The notes under the pieces are model-generated. The model searched no databases, was not told the DNA's origin, and saw only the letters and a list, made by a program, of their open reading frames with translations. This document shows, piece by piece, positions 26,064 through 34,889 of a stretch of DNA of 40,802 nt. This stretch comes from a virus (Duplodnaviria > Caudoviricetes): positions 1 to 40,802 of the IMG/VR virus record IMGVR_UViG_3300011339_000822; one strand, 5' to 3'. The number at the start of each line of letters is the position of its first letter. Position 1 is the first letter of the stretch. Position numbers and translations under genes: made by a program.

Positions 26064-26344
26064 TAATCTCTCCTTGCATCATTCTTACCATCAGCACGTG
26101 CAATTCTATCTACGTCAGGACGTAACCCTAATGCATTACTAACGATTGTATCAATACGTACTACATCATGGTTCATGGTTTTTACACGATTATCTAATGC
26201 GGTAATGATGCCAGCCATGCCTTTTATGGCACTTAGTACACCTGCTAATAGTAGTTTGATTGTGAGATAAACAAAGTATCCACCGGCTAGTGCAACGGCA
26301 ATCGGGAACCCCAAATCACCTATTATCTTAAAAACTTCTCCCAT
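26063..26344 (-). CDS. Single-TM membrane protein, YvrJ-like GFPI motif (paralog B)
   Basis: IGDLGFPIAVALAGGYFVY...LDNRVKTMNHDVVRI. Confidence 0.7.
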   Translation of the reverse strand: MGEVFKIIGDLGFPIAVALAGGYFVYLTIKLLLAGVLSAIKGMAGIITALDNRVKTMNHDVVRIDTIVSNALGLRPDVDRIARADGKNDARRD

Positions 26345-26427
26345 AATTGCTCCCTCTATGTATTACGCTATATTTTTGATATAAATCAACTAAATATATG
26401 AGTATTTTATATTTATCGGAGCAGACA

Positions 26428-26910
26428 ATGATAAGAGGTATAGCAATAAGTACCCTGACGATGCTCACAATTTCTGCCTTTTCGGCTGAACTTCAGCATC
26501 AATTTAATAGCCCATCCTTTAGTGGTTCAGGGTATAGTAGCCATATCCTAACAATAAAACAGTTAGAAGATTTACAAAAAGATAAAAATAAGGCTTTAGC
26601 AGATACTTTAAAGGCTAAAGCTGAAAGTGAAGCACTAAACACCCCACAAGCTAAGTTTTTAGCTAATTTAGAAGCAAGAATTTATAGTCAATTAGCTAAA
26701 CAATTAACTGACAGTATGTTTGGTGAAGGGTCAACGTGTACCACAAAAGGAGTAGTGTGTGGAACTATTCCGGATTTGGGTGGTAATAACATCAGTTGGA
26801 AATTGGGTGACGGGAGTGATAACGGATTAATTATAATCACAATTACAAATAACAGTAATCCATTACAAACAACAATAATGAAAGTACCGGCGGGTACATT
26901 TTACTTCTAA
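26428..26910 (+). CDS. csgF: Curli assembly protein CsgF-like
   Basis: Signal peptide then ELQHQFNSPSFSG (CsgF N-terminal motif), FLANLEARIYSQLAKQL...MFG; directly upstream of csgG. Confidence 0.8.
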   Translation: MIRGIAISTLTMLTISAFSAELQHQFNSPSFSGSGYSSHILTIKQLEDLQKDKNKALADTLKAKAESEALNTPQAKFLANLEARIYSQLAKQLTDSMFGEGSTCTTKGVVCGTIPDLGGNNISWKLGDGSDNGLIIITITNNSNPLQTTIMKVPAGTFYF

Positions 26911-27884
26911 TGAATAAACTACTACTATTATCATTTGTTGTACTATTGTCAGGTTGTGCTCTAAGTAGTGCTACTCGTAATATGATTACGGGCCAACAAT
27001 TTGATAATCCTGTTATAGAAAATGTATATTTAAAAAAAGATGATAATAAATTACAACCCCCATCTGATGGTCCTATCACTATCGCTGTATATGGATTTGC
27101 TGACAAGACAGGTCAGCGTAAATCATTGGCTAACATAGCTAGTTTAAGTTCGGCAGTAACACAAGGGGCCGAAAGTTATTTGATTAAAGCATTGCAGGAT
27201 GTAGGTAACGCTAGATGGTTTACTGTATTAGAACGTGTTGGGTTAGAAAATATCATTAAAGAAAGACAGATGATACGTCAAGCACGTGAACAATATCAAG
27301 GTCGTGATGCTAAATCATTACCACCAATGGTGTTTGCTGGAGTATTAGTTGAAGGTGGAATTATTGGCTATGACAGTAATACATTGACCGGTGGCAGTGG
27401 TGTAAGAATTTTAGGTATTGGTACTAGTACGCAATACCAAAGTGACACAGTTACAGTTAATTTAAGAACAGTTAGTGTTAGTACCGGAGAAGTATTAACA
27501 AGTGTAACAGTTACTAAAACTGTATTGAGTTATATGGATAAGGCAGGTATATTGCGTTTTACTGATGGCGGTACAAGCGCAGTTGAAGCAGAGATTGGTG
27601 CAAGTATTAATGAAAGTATCAACAAAGCAACTAACCTTGCCATACAGGCCGCCGTCATTGATACAATACGTGAAGGCGCCCGTAAAGGACATTGGAATTT
27701 TAAACAGGAGGAAAAGAAAAATGAGTTGGTTCAAACGCAGACCCCACCTAAAGACAGCCCCAAAGCTACAACCCCATCACCAAAGCCCAGCTTCGAAAAA
27801 AATTCTGGAGGAGACGAAAAGAGAAGTTTCTGGGATAGAGTCAAAGATGGATTTAGACTTAAACAAGAAGAAGTAACCAAATAA
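26910..27884 (+). CDS. csgG: Curli secretion channel CsgG (CsgG/HfaB lipoprotein)
   Basis: Lipobox LLSGC; AVYGFADKTGQRK, SSAVTQGA, WFTVLERVGLENIIKERQMIR, EGGIIGYD and LRTVSVSTGEVL. Confidence 0.93.
   Translation: MNKLLLLSFVVLLSGCALSSATRNMITGQQFDNPVIENVYLKKDDNKLQPPSDGPITIAVYGFADKTGQRKSLANIASLSSAVTQGAESYLIKALQDVGNARWFTVLERVGLENIIKERQMIRQAREQYQGRDAKSLPPMVFAGVLVEGGIIGYDSNTLTGGSGVRILGIGTSTQYQSDTVTVNLRTVSVSTGEVLTSVTVTKTVLSYMDKAGILRFTDGGTSAVEAEIGASINESINKATNLAIQAAVIDTIREGARKGHWNFKQEEKKNELVQTQTPPKDSPKATTPSPKPSFEKNSGGDEKRSFWDRVKDGFRLKQEEVTK
27721..27876 (+). CDS. Small basic protein nested in the csgG 3' tail (51 aa)
   Basis: MSWFKRRPHLKTAPKLQPHHQSP...; AGGAGG RBS upstream; different frame from csgG. 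Confidence 0.45.
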   Translation: MSWFKRRPHLKTAPKLQPHHQSPASKKILEETKREVSGIESKMDLDLNKKK

Positions 27885-27887
27885 AAT

Positions 27888-27930
27888 ATACTTGTTAGAT
27901 GACACCTACAGTCTAACAAGTATCTAACAA
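27888..27930. promoter_or_regulatory. 12-bp inverted repeat plus 11-bp-spaced TCTAACAA direct repeat
   Basis: ATACTTGTTAGA-N12-TCTAACAAGTAT; TCTAACAA at 27912 and 27923. Confidence 0.55.
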
Positions 27931-28003
27931 AAGATAGTAGGTAAAACAACAGGGTCAAACCCAAGGAGCGTAACCAGGAATAATAACTGATTACTGTAAT
28001 TAA

Positions 28004-28777
28004 ATGAAGCATTATAATAATTATAATAGGGTGCTTTCAGCGATAACATTGGCATTAATGATGCTAACAGGTACTAGTATGGCGCAAGTATTAAATACTT
28101 CCACTGGTCCAAATAAAGTGTATATTGAACAGATTGGTAACACCAATACTGTTACGATAGAACAAACCGGCGGTACTAATAATATTGGTGGTGTTACCAA
28201 TGCACTACCTAGCAATACTAACTATGCTACTATCAATGGTAATAGTAATACAGTTGCTATGATTCAAAAAGGTGATAACAACTTAGGTCAGTATAATATT
28301 AAAGGTAACAATAACGATTACACAAGTATTGTTACTGGAAATAATAACAAGACTAAGTTAACTATTGGTGATGCTAATAACGCAAGTAATTTGCGTAATA
28401 TTGTTACTGAAACTATATTAGGTAATGACAATACTGTTATTCAAAATATCATTGGTAATGATATACTAAGTACATTATCTATCACAGGTAGTACCAATGA
28501 AGTTACTAAAGACTTGAAAAGTACTAAAGGCATAAGTGACGTTACTATTACTGGAGATAATAACAAACTTGATATTGAACAGCTTGATGCTAGTGGTGCA
28601 AACGGTCATAATTTGAAAAAAGTTATTCAAGGTAACACTAATAGTATTGTAACTCAACAACAAGGTATTAACGATACTACAATTGATATTAAAGCTACCG
28701 GTGATAGTAATACTATTACTATCCGCACAAGTAGTGCTAGTACAATTGCAAATCCAAAGACAGCAGTAGCAAGATAA
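28004..28777 (+). CDS. Curlin-repeat protein (CsgA/CsgB-like)
   Basis: Signal peptide, then about 11-residue repeats of the type xxxxQxGxxN (NKVYIEQIGNTNTVTIEQTGGTN...). Confidence 0.8.
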   Translation: MKHYNNYNRVLSAITLALMMLTGTSMAQVLNTSTGPNKVYIEQIGNTNTVTIEQTGGTNNIGGVTNALPSNTNYATINGNSNTVAMIQKGDNNLGQYNIKGNNNDYTSIVTGNNNKTKLTIGDANNASNLRNIVTETILGNDNTVIQNIIGNDILSTLSITGSTNEVTKDLKSTKGISDVTITGDNNKLDIEQLDASGANGHNLKKVIQGNTNSIVTQQQGINDTTIDIKATGDSNTITIRTSSASTIANPKTAVAR

Positions 28778-28778
28778 T

Positions 28779-29867
28779 ATGCGTAAGTTTGTGTTGTTAT
28801 TATGCTTGTTCACAAGTATTAGCACCTGGGCAAGTATAGGTAATGTGTCAGAATCAGCCGGCGCCCCCGGGGAGATAACTCGGGGGAAAGAAAAAGTTGT
28901 AGGTAGTAAAGGTGCTGGCATTGAAAGTAACGACATATACACCACTAAGAACGGAAATGTACAACTATCCTTTAAGGATGATACAAAAGTAAAAATAACA
29001 GAAAACAGCCGTCTATTAATAGACGATTTTGTTTTTGATCCCAAGAAAAGTGATGCAGGTAAATTAGCACTTAAAGTTGGTATGGGCACTGTTCGCTATG
29101 CTAGTGGACAAATATCAAAAACAAATAGCCAACAAGTAACAATTAAAACACCCACAGCAAGTATTGCTGTTCGTGGTACAGATTTTACAATGACTGTCGA
29201 TGAAGCAGGACAGTCGTTAATAGTTTTAGTTCCAAGTTGTAAAGATAACGAAAAAGTAAAAGATTACGAATTAGAAGAAAACAAATGCAAAGTTGGTAGT
29301 ATTGAAGTAGAAACATTAGCAGGTAAAGTTATATTGGATCACGCATTTCACGGTACATTTGTTAGGAGCACTAATATGCCACCAACTGCACCAGTCGTAA
29401 TGAATACAATTGAAGCAAAACTAACAAATAATTTAATTCTCGTAAAACCAATGGAGATTATAAGAGCGGTTAATAATCAAACCGGTAAAAGTAAAAAAGA
29501 AGAACAAGAACTAGAAGAAGAACAAAATAATAGATTAACCAATAATATTAAAAAACAAGATGCTCAAGAACAAGCAAAAATTATAGAGGCGAATAGTTAT
29601 AAACCAGATTTAAGTTGCAACGCTACAACCACTGTTTGTGTTTTATGGGAAAAGAGCGATGGTGAATTACTAGCTAGGGGTAGAGCTATAGCATACCGTA
29701 ATAATGAAAACGAACACTATGCTGAAGTAAAAACGCAAGGTTACAATTCAAACACATTAATTACCATAGTTCACAACGATCACGTAGCCTATGATTTAAT
29801 TGGTGACGGATCACCCGGTGGCAATATTGTTTATATTAAACAAAACGCAGGATTAAAAAAGAAATGA
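28779..29867 (+). CDS. Secreted FecR-domain protein
   Basis: Signal peptide; DxxxT, FKDDTKVKITENSRLLID, GTVRYASG and IKTPTASIAVRGTDF are FecR-domain hallmarks. Confidence 0.85.
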   Translation: MRKFVLLLCLFTSISTWASIGNVSESAGAPGEITRGKEKVVGSKGAGIESNDIYTTKNGNVQLSFKDDTKVKITENSRLLIDDFVFDPKKSDAGKLALKVGMGTVRYASGQISKTNSQQVTIKTPTASIAVRGTDFTMTVDEAGQSLIVLVPSCKDNEKVKDYELEENKCKVGSIEVETLAGKVILDHAFHGTFVRSTNMPPTAPVVMNTIEAKLTNNLILVKPMEIIRAVNNQTGKSKKEEQELEEEQNNRLTNNIKKQDAQEQAKIIEANSYKPDLSCNATTTVCVLWEKSDGELLARGRAIAYRNNENEHYAEVKTQGYNSNTLITIVHNDHVAYDLIGDGSPGGNIVYIKQNAGLKKK

Positions 29868-30037
29868 CAGGTAGAGAATTACAAATGATGTATCAACAAT
29901 GGTGTCAGGGTAATGAAGGCCATGGTTTTCGTTGGTTAGACTTTGTTGAAATGGCAGCAAGACAATTTAAACAACCAGAAAGTGAAGTACTCAGAGAGTT
30001 ACAAAAACATTACTGGTTTGTAAAAAATAACAAATGA
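29864..30037 (+). CDS. Small hypothetical protein (57 aa)
   Basis: MTGRELQMMYQQWCQG...; ATGA overlaps at both ends; not in the ORF track. Confidence 0.65.
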   Translation: MTGRELQMMYQQWCQGNEGHGFRWLDFVEMAARQFKQPESEVLRELQKHYWFVKNNK

Positions 30038-30501
30038 AAAAAATATTATTATCATTATTATTTTCTAGTTCAACATTTGCTCAAGTTTACATTGAGCAAG
30101 TGGGCAACTACAATATTGTTAACGTAGAACAGACCGGAAACGGAACCAACTACATTAATTACTATAGTGCCGGCTCTAATAATATCGTGACTATGGAACA
30201 ACGTAGTACCGGTGGAAACAAATCAATACAAGCTAATGTTAACAATAGCAATAACACAGTTTTGCTACAACAAAAGGATAATGGAAATCATTCTATCATA
30301 TTAAACTTAACTGGTGGATATAAAGATGTAGATATATTACAGCAAGGAAGTGCAGGACATCAAGCAAATGTAACATTAACTGGATTACCGGCTGGCTTAA
30401 GTTTAAGTCAAAGTGGTTCTACTCAACAATCATACTCATTAACCTTTAATTGTGCTATACAGGCTGGTTGCGCCAAATTATCAGTACAACAGGGAAACTA
30501 A
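30034..30501 (+). CDS. Second curlin-repeat protein
   Basis: Signal peptide; VYIEQVGNYNIVNVEQTGNGTN, LQQKDNGNH, LQQGSAGH repeats; C-terminal Cys pair. Confidence 0.75.
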   Translation: MKKILLSLLFSSSTFAQVYIEQVGNYNIVNVEQTGNGTNYINYYSAGSNNIVTMEQRSTGGNKSIQANVNNSNNTVLLQQKDNGNHSIILNLTGGYKDVDILQQGSAGHQANVTLTGLPAGLSLSQSGSTQQSYSLTFNCAIQAGCAKLSVQQGN

Positions 30502-30508
30502 ATAAATC

Positions 30509-32563
30509 ATGTTCAAAAAAATTATACTCAGTCCCTGGACCGCTATACTTACATTAATAATTGTATTATTAGTAAGAATAGCCGACCCATCATTCGTAGA
30601 ATCTGTTCGTCTACGCTATTTTGATACACTCATTACTAACAAAGCCCCGACAGAAAATAACATTTATACAGTTAATGTAGATGAAATAACACTAGACAAG
30701 TATGGACAATGGCCATTGCCAAGAGGTGAGTACGCAAACATAATAGAAGACTTATATAAACGTAATGCTGGTCTTGTTGTATTCAACGTGTTGATGCCCG
30801 ATGCTGATAGAAGCGGACAAGATAGTAAGTTAGCAAATGTAATGAAACAATATCCAGTTGTTCTTCCCAATGTACCTAGTGATAAAACAAAAAACATTCC
30901 TCGTAACCCCGGTGCGGCAGTATTAGCCCCCGAACATTTAGGTAAGATAGTTCAGTACCCGGGCATCATTGCCAACGTACCTCTATTGGAGAATAGTGCT
31001 TATGGAGTTGGAACAGTTAATACATTGCCAGAGATTGATGGTGTTAATCGCAGAATACCATTGATAGCAAGTGTAGATGGCAAACTCTACCCAAGTTTAA
31101 GTATGGAAGTGTTAAGAGTAGCCGCAGATGATACAACATTTCAAGTTAAACTAAATGAGAATGGTGTAGAGAAAATGCGTATACCTAAGTTTGGCCCTAT
31201 TACTACAGATAACTTGGGCCGTATTTGGATTGATTATAGTCAACAAAGTAAATCAGTAAGTCTAATGGATCTGCCAAAAGACTTTGGTGGTGCTATTGTT
31301 ATAGTAGGTTTAACAGCAAGTGGATTAAACAACCCTGTACCAACAAGTAAAGGTAGTGTTTGGCCACATGATGTTCAAGCAAGTGTGATTGGTACGATGT
31401 TTAACAAAGTTGTTATTGTTCGTCCTGATTATGCTGATGGGGTAGAACTTATCGCTATACTAGTGTTAGGTTTATTAGTTATATTCTTATCAAGGTGGAC
31501 ATATGTTGGACTTGCCTCAGTGGTTGTATTGGTCGGTGGTGGCATTGCTGGCAGTATGTTTGCTTACAGCAATTTTCTATTCTTATTCGATGCTACTGCC
31601 TTTGCAGTTGGCACAATTATGGTCGCTTTGCATGCCTATGGCATCAAGTTTGTAAGTGAGTTCTTGCAAAAGCAACAGATTAAGAAACAGTTTGGTAGTT
31701 ATGTTAATCCAACAATTGTTGAACGATTACAGAAAGATCCAAGTCTAATTAAACTAGGTGGTGAGAAACGTGAACTATCTATTGTTATGACTGACTTACG
31801 TGGCTTCACTAGCTTGGGTGAAAGTTTTGGTGATGACGTTGAAGGTTTAACACAGATTATGAATGACTATATGACTGCATTAAGTGTTCCTGTATTGAAG
31901 AATGATGGTACATTGATTAAGTTCATCGGTGACGCAAGTTTACACGTACATGGCGCACCATTGGATGATCCTAAACATGCGGTAACTGCTGTTAATACTG
32001 CAATGCAAATGATTGACGCAATTACAGAATTTAATAAAGAATTAATTGCTAGCGGCCGACCACCAGTTGGTATGGGTGCAGGTGTTAATACAGGTGAAAC
32101 ATTGATTGGTAACATTGGTGCTAAAACTAAATTTGGATATGATGTTTTGGGAGATTCAGTATCTACTGCGGCACGACTAGAAGGTCAAACTAAAGGGTAT
32201 GGTGTACTATGTATCATTGGACCTAATACAAATGAACAAGTTAAAGATGAAATCTTTACATTAGAACTAGATTGTATTGCGGTGAAAGGTAAGACAATAG
32301 GATTAAATATCTTTACCCCATTAAAGACTGATGCAAACAGCATGGCGGAATATCTATCAGCAAGAGAGTTACATGATTTAATGATAGATTATTATAGAGA
32401 ACAGAAATGGGATCAAGCATTACATATGATATACCAACTAAAGGGTGAATTTGATTTGCATATGGACCACTATTATGATATAATGATAGACCGAATAGGA
32501 GAACTACGTGAAAACAATTTACCTACTGATTGGGATGGTGTGTATAGGGCTACTAGCAAGTAA
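30509..32563 (+). CDS. CHASE2-domain class III adenylate/guanylate cyclase
   Basis: TM; CHASE2 (GQWPLPR, PEIDGVNRRIPL, YPSLSME); TM helices; cyclase motifs MTDLRGFT, KFIGDA, GVNTG, GNIG and YDVLGDSVSTAARLEG. Confidence 0.93.
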   Translation: MFKKIILSPWTAILTLIIVLLVRIADPSFVESVRLRYFDTLITNKAPTENNIYTVNVDEITLDKYGQWPLPRGEYANIIEDLYKRNAGLVVFNVLMPDADRSGQDSKLANVMKQYPVVLPNVPSDKTKNIPRNPGAAVLAPEHLGKIVQYPGIIANVPLLENSAYGVGTVNTLPEIDGVNRRIPLIASVDGKLYPSLSMEVLRVAADDTTFQVKLNENGVEKMRIPKFGPITTDNLGRIWIDYSQQSKSVSLMDLPKDFGGAIVIVGLTASGLNNPVPTSKGSVWPHDVQASVIGTMFNKVVIVRPDYADGVELIAILVLGLLVIFLSRWTYVGLASVVVLVGGGIAGSMFAYSNFLFLFDATAFAVGTIMVALHAYGIKFVSEFLQKQQIKKQFGSYVNPTIVERLQKDPSLIKLGGEKRELSIVMTDLRGFTSLGESFGDDVEGLTQIMNDYMTALSVPVLKNDGTLIKFIGDASLHVHGAPLDDPKHAVTAVNTAMQMIDAITEFNKELIASGRPPVGMGAGVNTGETLIGNIGAKTKFGYDVLGDSVSTAARLEGQTKGYGVLCIIGPNTNEQVKDEIFTLELDCIAVKGKTIGLNIFTPLKTDANSMAEYLSARELHDLMIDYYREQKWDQALHMIYQLKGEFDLHMDHYYDIMIDRIGELRENNLPTDWDGVYRATSK

Positions 32564-32834
32564 CTCTTATTCGCAAGAAATAAAAGAAAAAGTAGAAACA
32601 GAATTACCATGTTATAATACGGAAGAAATCTTGAAAATTCTTAAAGAGAGATACAAAGAAATGCCGTTTATGATAGGTAAGGCAAGTGATTCTGCCAACT
32701 CAGTTGTTAGTATTTGGATTAATCCAGTTGATAGCACATGGACTATCATTGCTACTAAGAAAGATATCACCTGCGTAGTAGGCATGGGAACAGATATGAG
32801 AGTAGTACCCTATAAAAAAGGACCTAATATATGA
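32508..32834 (+). CDS. Secreted hypothetical protein
   Basis: GTG start after GGAG; signal peptide; Cys pair; STWTII motif. Confidence 0.65.
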   Translation: MKTIYLLIGMVCIGLLASNSYSQEIKEKVETELPCYNTEEILKILKERYKEMPFMIGKASDSANSVVSIWINPVDSTWTIIATKKDITCVVGMGTDMRVVPYKKGPNI

Positions 32835-33571
32835 TTAAAAAACTAATAACAATACTAGCATTGGTTAGTTGTTCATCGGTATATGCTAATCAATCATTGA
32901 CTGCACAATCGTGGTTAGTAGCCGATAGTAATGGAAAGATACTTGAAGGATCAAATACTACGGAAATTCGCAGTATAGCAAGTATTACTAAACTAATGAC
33001 AGCAATGGTTGTGTTAGACAGTGGTCAATCATTAACTGAAATTATACCAAAGAAATTATACAACAAACAATTGACAAGGGAAACATTGATTGATTTGGCA
33101 ATTGTTAAAAGTGATAACAATGCCGCAAAGATGTTATGTGATTATTATCCCGGTGGATATAAAAGTTGCATTGAAGCCATGAATGCCAAAGCAATATTAT
33201 TGCAGATGAATAATAGTTTGTTTACTGACCCGACAGGAAAATATCATACTAATGTAAGTACAGCAGAAGATTTGATTAAGTTAGTTTTTTCCGCAAGCAC
33301 CTATCCTTTGATTGTTGCGGCAAGTAACATGGATGCAGTACGTTGGTCACTAAACAAAAAGAAATCTATTGAGTTTAAAAATACAAACACTTTAGTTGGG
33401 CATGGTTATAAATTTTTAGTCAGTAAGACCGGATTTATTAATAAGGCAGGTGGATGTATCGTAATGATGTTAGATACCGCACAAGGTATCAGAACTGTAG
33501 TTTTGTTGGGAAGTAAGAATACAAAGACACGTATTCCTGAAGCACAAATGTTATCTCAAATAATAAGATAA
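32831..33571 (+). CDS. Peptidase S11 D-Ala-D-Ala carboxy/endopeptidase (PBP7/PbpG-like)
   Basis: SxxK (IASITKLMT), SxN (KSDN) and KTG (SKTGFINKAGGC); signal peptide. Confidence 0.9.
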   Translation: MIKKLITILALVSCSSVYANQSLTAQSWLVADSNGKILEGSNTTEIRSIASITKLMTAMVVLDSGQSLTEIIPKKLYNKQLTRETLIDLAIVKSDNNAAKMLCDYYPGGYKSCIEAMNAKAILLQMNNSLFTDPTGKYHTNVSTAEDLIKLVFSASTYPLIVAASNMDAVRWSLNKKKSIEFKNTNTLVGHGYKFLVSKTGFINKAGGCIVMMLDTAQGIRTVVLLGSKNTKTRIPEAQMLSQIIR

Positions 33572-33921
33572 GCAATTAATATATAAGTCATTTGGTGCAT
33601 CATTTGGTCTAGACCAAGATCAAACCAAAATGATTTTTGAGTCATATCTTTGTGACCATAATTGGATTTAATCCAATCAATATGATAATGGATCATAGAA
33701 TCTAAAAACGCTAGAATACTAGCAAATGCAATATGATCTATACCGGTGACAAGTATGATACATAACATTGTTCCTATACCATGTTTAATACTGTGGTTTA
33801 AACCGTGACTATCTCCATATATACCTTTACTAGCAATCTCAACGTTAGTTTGATTAACAAAATCAATATACCAATGTTTTAATTGTAATAGTGCTAATAG
33901 CAACAAAATTGAAGTAATCAT
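33556..33921 (-). CDS. DUF3307 family membrane protein
   Basis: KHWYIDFVNQT, HSIKH, HYHIDWIK and GLDQMMHQ. Confidence 0.8.
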   Translation of the reverse strand: MITSILLLLALLQLKHWYIDFVNQTNVEIASKGIYGDSHGLNHSIKHGIGTMLCIILVTGIDHIAFASILAFLDSMIHYHIDWIKSNYGHKDMTQKSFWFDLGLDQMMHQMTYILIAYLII

Positions 33922-34196
33922 TCAATTACCTTTTTATATTTACTAGCGTCACGTTCAGGAACGTAATCTACTCCAGGTATTGGTGAATGATCTTTGCAAA
34001 CTGATTGAATCATGTCTTCTCCGTACTTTAGTGTAAGTAGACTAAAATATTGGTCACTATCTTTGATGTAGGTGCTAATACCTATCATGTAATGTTTAGA
34101 CCATTTTATTTTTGTATCTGCAAATCGTTTTACAATAGGATCATTTTCAATATCAGTGAATTGATTATTTTCTCGGTAAAAAGTATAGAACTTCAT
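33918..34196 (-). CDS. Hypothetical protein
   Basis: Start MKFYTF is coupled to the upstream stop (TAATG). Confidence 0.65.
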   Translation of the reverse strand: MKFYTFYRENNQFTDIENDPIVKRFADTKIKWSKHYMIGISTYIKDSDQYFSLLTLKYGEDMIQSVCKDHSPIPGVDYVPERDASKYKKVIE

Positions 34197-34396
34197 TATT
34201 TTTTCCACAGTATAAAGTTAAGATAATCCGATTCAGTTTCAAAATAAAAATCATAATGTCCACCATCACGTCCACCCACTTCCAAACAATCATACCCCCA
34301 ATCATTTGTGCAATTTCTTGTACACCATTCAATAATGGGTTTTAATTGACCGTAGCCAATTATGATTTTAGTCTTGAATTGGGTATCTGGTGACAT
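34196..34396 (-). CDS. Small hypothetical protein
   Basis: IIEWCTRNC...FYFETESDYLNFILW. Confidence 0.7.
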   Translation of the reverse strand: MSPDTQFKTKIIIGYGQLKPIIEWCTRNCTNDWGYDCLEVGGRDGGHYDFYFETESDYLNFILWKK

Positions 34397-34889
34397 TTAC
34401 TCCGCCTTGTTCGAGGAACTCTAATCCTTTTGTATCTCTATATGCTTCTCTATAAAACACATTTTTGATACCAGATTGATAGATAGCTTTTGCACAATGT
34501 ATACAAGGTGCATGTGTGATGAATAATGTAGAACCTTCACTAGATTCTGTACTTGCGGACACTTTAGCAATTGCGTTCATTTCTGCATGTAACACTTCAT
34601 CTTTGGTTACTAACCTATAACGTCGGTTGCTCTGTACTTCGGGGTCGTATTCTTTAAAAGGCCACTGTTCTTCAATCTCATCTGGACTCAACCAACCACC
34701 GGCATCACCGCTCATGTAATCTTTGTATTCACATTCATTGCTCCATCCAGTTGGCATACCATTATAACCTGTACCTAGAATCTTGTTACCTTTAACAATA
34801 ACTGCCCCAACGTTTAATCTAATAGCTGAACTTAGTTTGCTTGTTAATTCAGCAATATCCATGTAATAGTCTATAAATTTATGTTTCAT
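34368..34889 (-). CDS. dCMP deaminase (ComEB-like)
   Basis: VGAVIVK, GYNGMP, HAEMNAI and PCIHC. Confidence 0.92.
   Translation of the reverse strand: MKHKFIDYYMDIAELTSKLSSAIRLNVGAVIVKGNKILGTGYNGMPTGWSNECEYKDYMSGDAGGWLSPDEIEEQWPFKEYDPEVQSNRRYRLVTKDEVLHAEMNAIAKVSASTESSEGSTLFITHAPCIHCAKAIYQSGIKNVFYREAYRDTKGLEFLEQGGVNVTRYPIQD

Noticed and set aside
27912-27928. CtrA binding site
   Set aside because: CTAA-N7-CTAAC only partly matches TTAA-N7-TTAAC and nothing else points to an alphaproteobacterial host.
28475-29089. 204-aa - strand ORF
   Set aside because: Antisense across the curlin and FecR genes, both well supported on +.
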